From Idiomarina loihiensis L2TR (GTDB lineage Bacteria; Pseudomonadota; Gammaproteobacteria; Enterobacterales; Alteromonadaceae), in contig NC_006512.1 of NCBI RefSeq assembly GCF_000008465.1, positions 2,400,001 to 2,432,000 on the forward strand: a stretch of DNA of 32,000 nucleotides, written 5' to 3'. Below the pieces are notes generated by a model, which was not told the DNA's origin, made no database searches, and saw nothing but the letters and a program-made list of their open reading frames with translations. Positions within the stretch are counted from its first letter, which is position 1. The number at the start of each line of letters is the position of its first letter. The position numbers and the translations under genes are program-made. Positions 28,414 to 32,000 of this stretch are shown here, in pieces.

Positions 28414-30813
28414 TTAAAATTTATATTCAACTTCCGAGTAGAAATAGCCACCATTGAAGCCGATAGGCGAGTTAGTTAATGGGTACTTAAAAATACCATT
28501 AAACTGATTTCCTTCTGAGCGCTCGTCAGGATACTCGTTGAACAGGTTCTGCGCTCCCACTCTCACAGCCAGAGCATCGTTCCACTGATAATTAACGGTG
28601 ACGTCTGTTATCCAGTTAGGACCGTACGTCTCGGTTCCACTGCTGTAACCAATGGCGTAGTTACCAAAATAACTGAACTGGACATTACTGGTCCATTTGC
28701 CCTTAGTATGGGTTAAACCAATTGACCCTGAATGATCAGGTGTGGAGCGCGTCATACGTATTTGCTCATCACTATCAAACAGAACATCGTCCAGCCCATC
28801 TAATAATTGCGGCAGGTTAATAGAGTCAATGTCCGTAGTATTATAACCATAAGCTAACTGCGCTTTAAGGTCGCCGTAGCCGCCAATACCGAAGGTTTTA
28901 CTGGCTACAATATCTAGCCCTTTGGTTGTCGTATCAACAGCATTAAGGAAAAACCGCGCGTTTTCCGCCGCTGTACCGGCAAGTGCTTCTTCAACAGCCG
29001 GAGAATCACCAGGGGCAACATCGCCGGATAAAATTATCCGATCCTCAATTTCGATTTGGAATGCGTCAATGGTGATTGCCAGACCATCATAACCATTCCA
29101 GACCATACCCAGGCTAACGCTTTCAGATTCTTCCGGTTGAAGAGCACCAATACCCAGAGCCTGAGTTACCGGACTAATATTATTAAAGGTTCCTGACTGT
29201 TCAGGTTCCAGTCCGTTGCCACGATCAACAAACAGGGTAGAGATATTGCTAAAGTACAATTGTTGTACGCTAGGTGCTCTGAAACCTGTATTAATGGCAC
29301 CACGTACCGCAACTCTGTCGGTTAAATCATAACGACCGGAAAGCTTCCAACTGGTGTTATTGCCAAAGTCTGAGTAATCTTCATATCGAACCGCAGCGCC
29401 CCACATAAAGTCGGTTGTGAGCTGATTTTCAGCTTCAACATAAACACCCACATTATCGCGCGACTCATCTACTTCGGAATCAGGAGAAAATCCAGTGAAG
29501 CCCTGACTGCCACCGGGTCTATCTTCGTAGCCACCATTAATGTAAGAAGCTTCTTCACCGGCAATAACTTCATAAGAGTTTTCGCGGTAACTAATACCCA
29601 TAGCCAGAGAAATTTCTGAGTTATTCGCAAATGGGATAAAGCGTTGGGCGTCTAAGGTAACGTTGGATTCACTATTTTCCAGCGTACCTGCATCAAATGA
29701 AGTTGGTGTAAGTTCCGGACCTAAAGACGCATTTAATGAGTTCTCAACGTTATACTGAAACTTACTGAAGCCATAGCCACCGCTAAAATCTAACGTCCAT
29801 TCGCCGACTAACCATTCGTAGCCAGCATAAATTGAGTGATCATTAACGTCAGGGGCTAAAATAGGTAAAAAGCCGTCCGGATACAATTCAGTTAATGTAT
29901 TACTTTGAAGAGCCCGACGATAAAACGCACCTGATTCAGAAGTGCGATCACTGATCCCACCGAACGCATAAAAATTGCCTTCACCTATAGCGATGTCCAT
30001 GTTCGCAAACAACGAAGCATTTTCGTATTCTGCGTCACCAACATGAAAGCTCTGTCTGTCAAAGGTCTCTTCTCTTGGATCGGGATCGCCATTTGGTAGT
30101 TCTGGATACTGTTGGCGCGGATCGGGGCCAGCACGATTGGTTCTGTTTTTATGATGCAACTCGCCAGACAGAGTTAGTGCACCGTCGCTTCCAATAGCAA
30201 ACCCGGAGCTGGCAGAAAGTTTCCATTGCTCGCCATCACCTTTATAGGTTTGGCCACCTTGTATACTGGCATTGCCGCCACTGGCATTGTCTTTCAAAAC
30301 GATATTGATAACACCAGCGATAGCATCTGAACCGTATAAAGCCGCGGCGCCGTCCCGCAAGACTTCAATACGTTTTATTGCCGCCATAGGAATAGCATTC
30401 AAATCCACGTTTGAACTGCCTCTTCCTGTTGTTCCGCTTAAATGAACTAAGGCTGACTTGTGACGTCTTTTACCGTTAATGAGTACTAATGTGTGATCCG
30501 GAGACAGGCCTCTTAAAGAAGCCGGACGAACTGCATCTGTGCCGTCTGTAACCGATGATGATGGAAAATTAAAGCTAGGTACCGCGTACTGAAGAGCTTT
30601 AGCGGTTTCAGTAATTCCTGTCGCGGCTAAGTCCTCTCCACTAATGATGTCCACTGGTGCAGCGCCGTCTGTTGCCGTTCTCATCGATAATCGGGAACCT
30701 ACAACCTGAATCACTTCTTCTACGTCTTGCGCAGAATCTTGTTGCGCTGACGCAACTGGCGTAATGAAAAATGAGCTCGCCAAAGCAAGCGTAATAGCAT
30801 TGAAACGTTTCAT
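28414..30813 (-). CDS. TonB-dependent outer-membrane receptor
   Basis: 799 aa. Signal peptide (ITPVASA-QQ), TonB-box-like EEVIQVVGSR, plug motifs RGLSPDHTLVLINGKR and IEVLRDGAAALYGSDAIAGVINIV, and a C-terminal barrel ending EVEYKF. GGAG SD 6 nt upstream of the ATG. No Cys residues. Confidence 0.93.
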   Translation of the reverse strand: MKRFNAITLALASSFFITPVASAQQDSAQDVEEVIQVVGSRLSMRTATDGAAPVDIISGEDLAATGITETAKALQYAVPSFNFPSSSVTDGTDAVRPASLRGLSPDHTLVLINGKRRHKSALVHLSGTTGRGSSNVDLNAIPMAAIKRIEVLRDGAAALYGSDAIAGVINIVLKDNASGGNASIQGGQTYKGDGEQWKLSASSGFAIGSDGALTLSGELHHKNRTNRAGPDPRQQYPELPNGDPDPREETFDRQSFHVGDAEYENASLFANMDIAIGEGNFYAFGGISDRTSESGAFYRRALQSNTLTELYPDGFLPILAPDVNDHSIYAGYEWLVGEWTLDFSGGYGFSKFQYNVENSLNASLGPELTPTSFDAGTLENSESNVTLDAQRFIPFANNSEISLAMGISYRENSYEVIAGEEASYINGGYEDRPGGSQGFTGFSPDSEVDESRDNVGVYVEAENQLTTDFMWGAAVRYEDYSDFGNNTSWKLSGRYDLTDRVAVRGAINTGFRAPSVQQLYFSNISTLFVDRGNGLEPEQSGTFNNISPVTQALGIGALQPEESESVSLGMVWNGYDGLAITIDAFQIEIEDRIILSGDVAPGDSPAVEEALAGTAAENARFFLNAVDTTTKGLDIVASKTFGIGGYGDLKAQLAYGYNTTDIDSINLPQLLDGLDDVLFDSDEQIRMTRSTPDHSGSIGLTHTKGKWTSNVQFSYFGNYAIGYSSGTETYGPNWITDVTVNYQWNDALAVRVGAQNLFNEYPDERSEGNQFNGIFKYPLTNSPIGFNGGYFYSEVEYKF

Positions 30814-30909
30814 ACTGCTCTCCCTATAATTATTACAGTGAATATAGCAGTAAATTGACAGTTTGGTTCAGTCTGGAAAGCAATTAGGTATAAGCAAACG
30901 TTATAGTAG

Positions 30910-30929
30910 CCTGATGCTCTTGCATCAGG
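30910..30929. repeat. REP-like perfect hairpin
   Basis: cctgatgc-tctt-gcatcagg: an 8-bp perfect stem with a 4-nt loop. The arm sequence resembles enterobacterial REP arms (GCCTGATGCG...). No U-tract follows on either strand. Confidence 0.6.
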
Positions 30930-31242
30930 TGGGGTGGTAAAGGAGTAAAGCCTCAGGGAGCTCACCTGACGTGAACGTCATATATGGTCCCCTCCCGTTT
31001 TGCAACGGCAACTCGTGGTAAATGTCGGGGCGCTCGCATATATACGGCCTGTTTATGGTGCGCGCTTTGCGCACCTGGCCTGGATGAACTCCGCACGACA
31101 ACTGGCTTATCAGGCTAACGTACTTTATGTACGGACGTTCAACAGTCTCAGTTGTCGTCGGTTTACCCTATTTTACCATCCTGTTGACGTTTGCAACTCC
31201 CGGAAGGAATGAACCTTCGCTGTGCTCTTTTACTGAATGCTG
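30930..31242 (-). ncRNA. Candidate IS110-family bridge/seek RNA (structured 3' non-coding tail)
   Basis: About 300 nt with no credible ORF directly downstream of the recombinase stop. Perfect-stem hairpins at 31203-31218, 31057-31075 and 30967-30980. A long stem, 31091-31104 with 31149-31161, encloses a large internal loop capped by the hairpin 31119-31133. Boundaries and expression are unknown. Confidence 0.3.
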
Positions 31243-32000
31243 TTAAGCAGCAGTCATCCGGTAATCTTCTTTATTCTTTAACATCGCCCAGATTATCCGG
31301 GCGTGCTTGTTAGCCAGTGCCACCGCTGCAACGTTGTTGCCTCTGCGTTTAGCGACATCCTGTGCCCAGAGGCTCAGCCTGTCGTGGCGCTGTTGTGCCA
31401 CCCGCAGTGCCGAGCGGGCGCCATGCACCAGCAGTGTCCTGAGTTTGGTGTTCCCTTTTTTGGTAATACCGCCTAAACGGTCTTTACCGCCACTGCTGTT
31501 TTGCCGTGGTACCAGTCCCAGGTATTCCGACAGGTTGCGGCCGCGTTTAAATTCACTCACATCACCTATCAGTGCCAGCAGCGAGGTCGCTGTTATCGGT
31601 CCGATACCCGGCAGGGTCATCAGCCGCTGACTGTCTTCATTCCTTTCGGCCTGTGTCGCTAAGTGCTTATCCAGCGCTTTAACTTCTTCATCCACCGCTC
31701 GCAGCATCTGATAGAGCCGGTTGATGAGGTCCCGTGACTGAAGCGTCAGCGCATTGCTGTCGTCTTCCAGTACCTCCGGTACTCTCTGTAATATCGTACC
31801 GACTCGCTTCGGTAAAAGAATGCCGTATTCGGCCAGTTGCCCCCGCAACCTATTCGAGAACTGCGTTCTCGTCTGCACGAAGCCTTCCCGCTGATTGACC
31901 ATCAATGCTAAGTCCTGCTGCTCAATGCTTTTCAGCCTGACCGTCTGACGGTTGGGTCGTGATGCCGCCTCGGCTATTGCCCGGGCGTCATTCGCATCGT
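31243..32000 (-). CDS. IS110-family DEDD transposase/recombinase (N-terminus outside window)
   Basis: C-terminal Transposase_20-type sequence: LMTLPGIGPITATSLLALIGDVSEFKRGRNLSEYLGLVPRQNSSGGKDRLGGITKKGNTKLRTLLVHGARSAL. The frame stays open upstream of the track start (31905) to the window edge and reads ...DANDARAIAEAASRPNRQTVRLKSIEQQDLALMVNQREGFV, typical of the DEDD domain. Confidence 0.9.
   Translation of the reverse strand, partial: DANDARAIAEAASRPNRQTVRLKSIEQQDLALMVNQREGFVQTRTQFSNRLRGQLAEYGILLPKRVGTILQRVPEVLEDDSNALTLQSRDLINRLYQMLRAVDEEVKALDKHLATQAERNEDSQRLMTLPGIGPITATSLLALIGDVSEFKRGRNLSEYLGLVPRQNSSGGKDRLGGITKKGNTKLRTLLVHGARSALRVAQQRHDRLSLWAQDVAKRRGNNVAAVALANKHARIIWAMLKNKEDYRMTAA

Larger units (their letters stand above)
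30930..32000 (-). mobile_element. IS110-family insertion sequence (partial; distal end outside window, proximal boundary uncertain)
   Basis: Recombinase gene plus its non-coding tail. The proximal end lies somewhere between the recombinase stop (31243) and about 30907. I placed it provisionally next to the REP-like hairpin. Confidence 0.55.

Noticed and set aside
30825-30846. AT-rich tataattattacagtgaatata just upstream of the receptor SD, considered as a Fur box.
   Set aside because: My best ungapped alignment to GATAATGATAATCATTATC gives about 10 of 19 matches. The site abuts the SD rather than a recognisable promoter. That is not enough to call iron regulation.
31102-31151. TPP-riboswitch-like strings in the minus-strand RNA: CUGAGA ... 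GAAC ... CCUGAUAAGCCAG.
   Set aside because: There is no GGGGUGC 5' partner, no ACCC closing segment and no CG.AGGGA 3' element. The spacing and pairing do not reproduce the THI-box fold.
30951-31174. Possible cobalamin riboswitch upstream of the TonB-dependent receptor. The minus-strand RNA contains AAAUAGGGUAA, CAACUG, GCCAGUUG, GGGAGGGG and GUCAGGUGAGCUCCCUGAGG, in roughly the order of the conserved B12-element blocks.
   Set aside because: The strongly conserved GGUG..AA.UCC / CCCGC hairpin between GGGAA and ACUGU is missing: 13 nt where about 30 are expected. The B12-box match fails in its 3' half (CCCUGAGG instead of ACCUGCC). CAACUG and CAGUUG pair with each other here, which is not the cobalamin fold. 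A cmsearch with RF00174 would settle it.
30984-31212. Small plus-strand ORFs in the spacer: the 70-aa track ORF 31000..31212 with a TTG start, and a 42-codon ATG ORF from 30984.
   Set aside because: No properly spaced SD precedes either start. The composition is Arg/Cys-rich, typical of translated structured RNA. Both ORFs run antisense through the stems.
30900-31242. Interpretation of the hairpin-rich spacer as a REP/BIME array.
   Set aside because: The hairpins have unrelated stem sequences. Only the 30910-30929 hairpin and the 31105-31117 segment share a REP-like motif. A REP array would consist of repeated copies of one palindrome.
1-32000. Search by eye for CRISPR arrays, tRNA or rRNA genes, tandem repeats, toxin-antitoxin pairs or known defence-system gene sets.
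   Set aside because: Spacers between genes are short: the largest are 430, 150 and 139 nt. I saw no periodic direct repeats or cloverleaf-like sequences. All large ORFs have ordinary housekeeping, envelope or IS assignments.

Overview
Most of this window (1 to about 22 kb) is conserved gammaproteobacterial core. It shows E. coli-like synteny blocks, probably from a marine Alteromonadales/Vibrionales-type genome, though the species cannot be determined. The blocks are: pyrB (5' partial)-hemL; mrcB-hrpB-pepB on the minus strand; sfsA-dksA-gluQ-pcnB-folK-panB-panC; a minus-strand run mpl-ubiX-yadG-yadH-TrmB-like methyltransferase-panP; and fbp and ppa.

From about 22 kb the content becomes envelope- and metal-related. 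It holds a MacB/FtsX-type ABC transporter whose permease has a His-rich periplasmic insert, followed by a DUF3299 protein. Next come an orphan REC-degenerate GGDEF-EAL regulator, a small beta-barrel OMP, a PCu(A)C copper chaperone, a small polytopic membrane protein and a TonB-dependent receptor. The window ends inside an IS110-family insertion sequence whose recombinase gene runs off the right edge.

I saw no rRNA, tRNA, CRISPR array or recognisable defence island.

The best candidates for something new are:
1. The structured, roughly 300-nt non-coding tail downstream of the IS110-family recombinase gene. It has a bridge/seek-RNA-like architecture, and one loop strand is complementary to a REP-like hairpin at the probable element boundary.
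2. The ABC / His-rich permease / DUF3299 module, a putative metal transporter.
3. The TonB receptor / PCu(A)C / OMP neighbourhood.

Smaller points: pcnB can only start at a non-canonical AUU codon, PanP replaces PanD next to panBC, and a TrmB paralogue is translationally coupled inside the yadGH operon.

All similarity statements come from reading the translations and from memory of the families. No database search was run.
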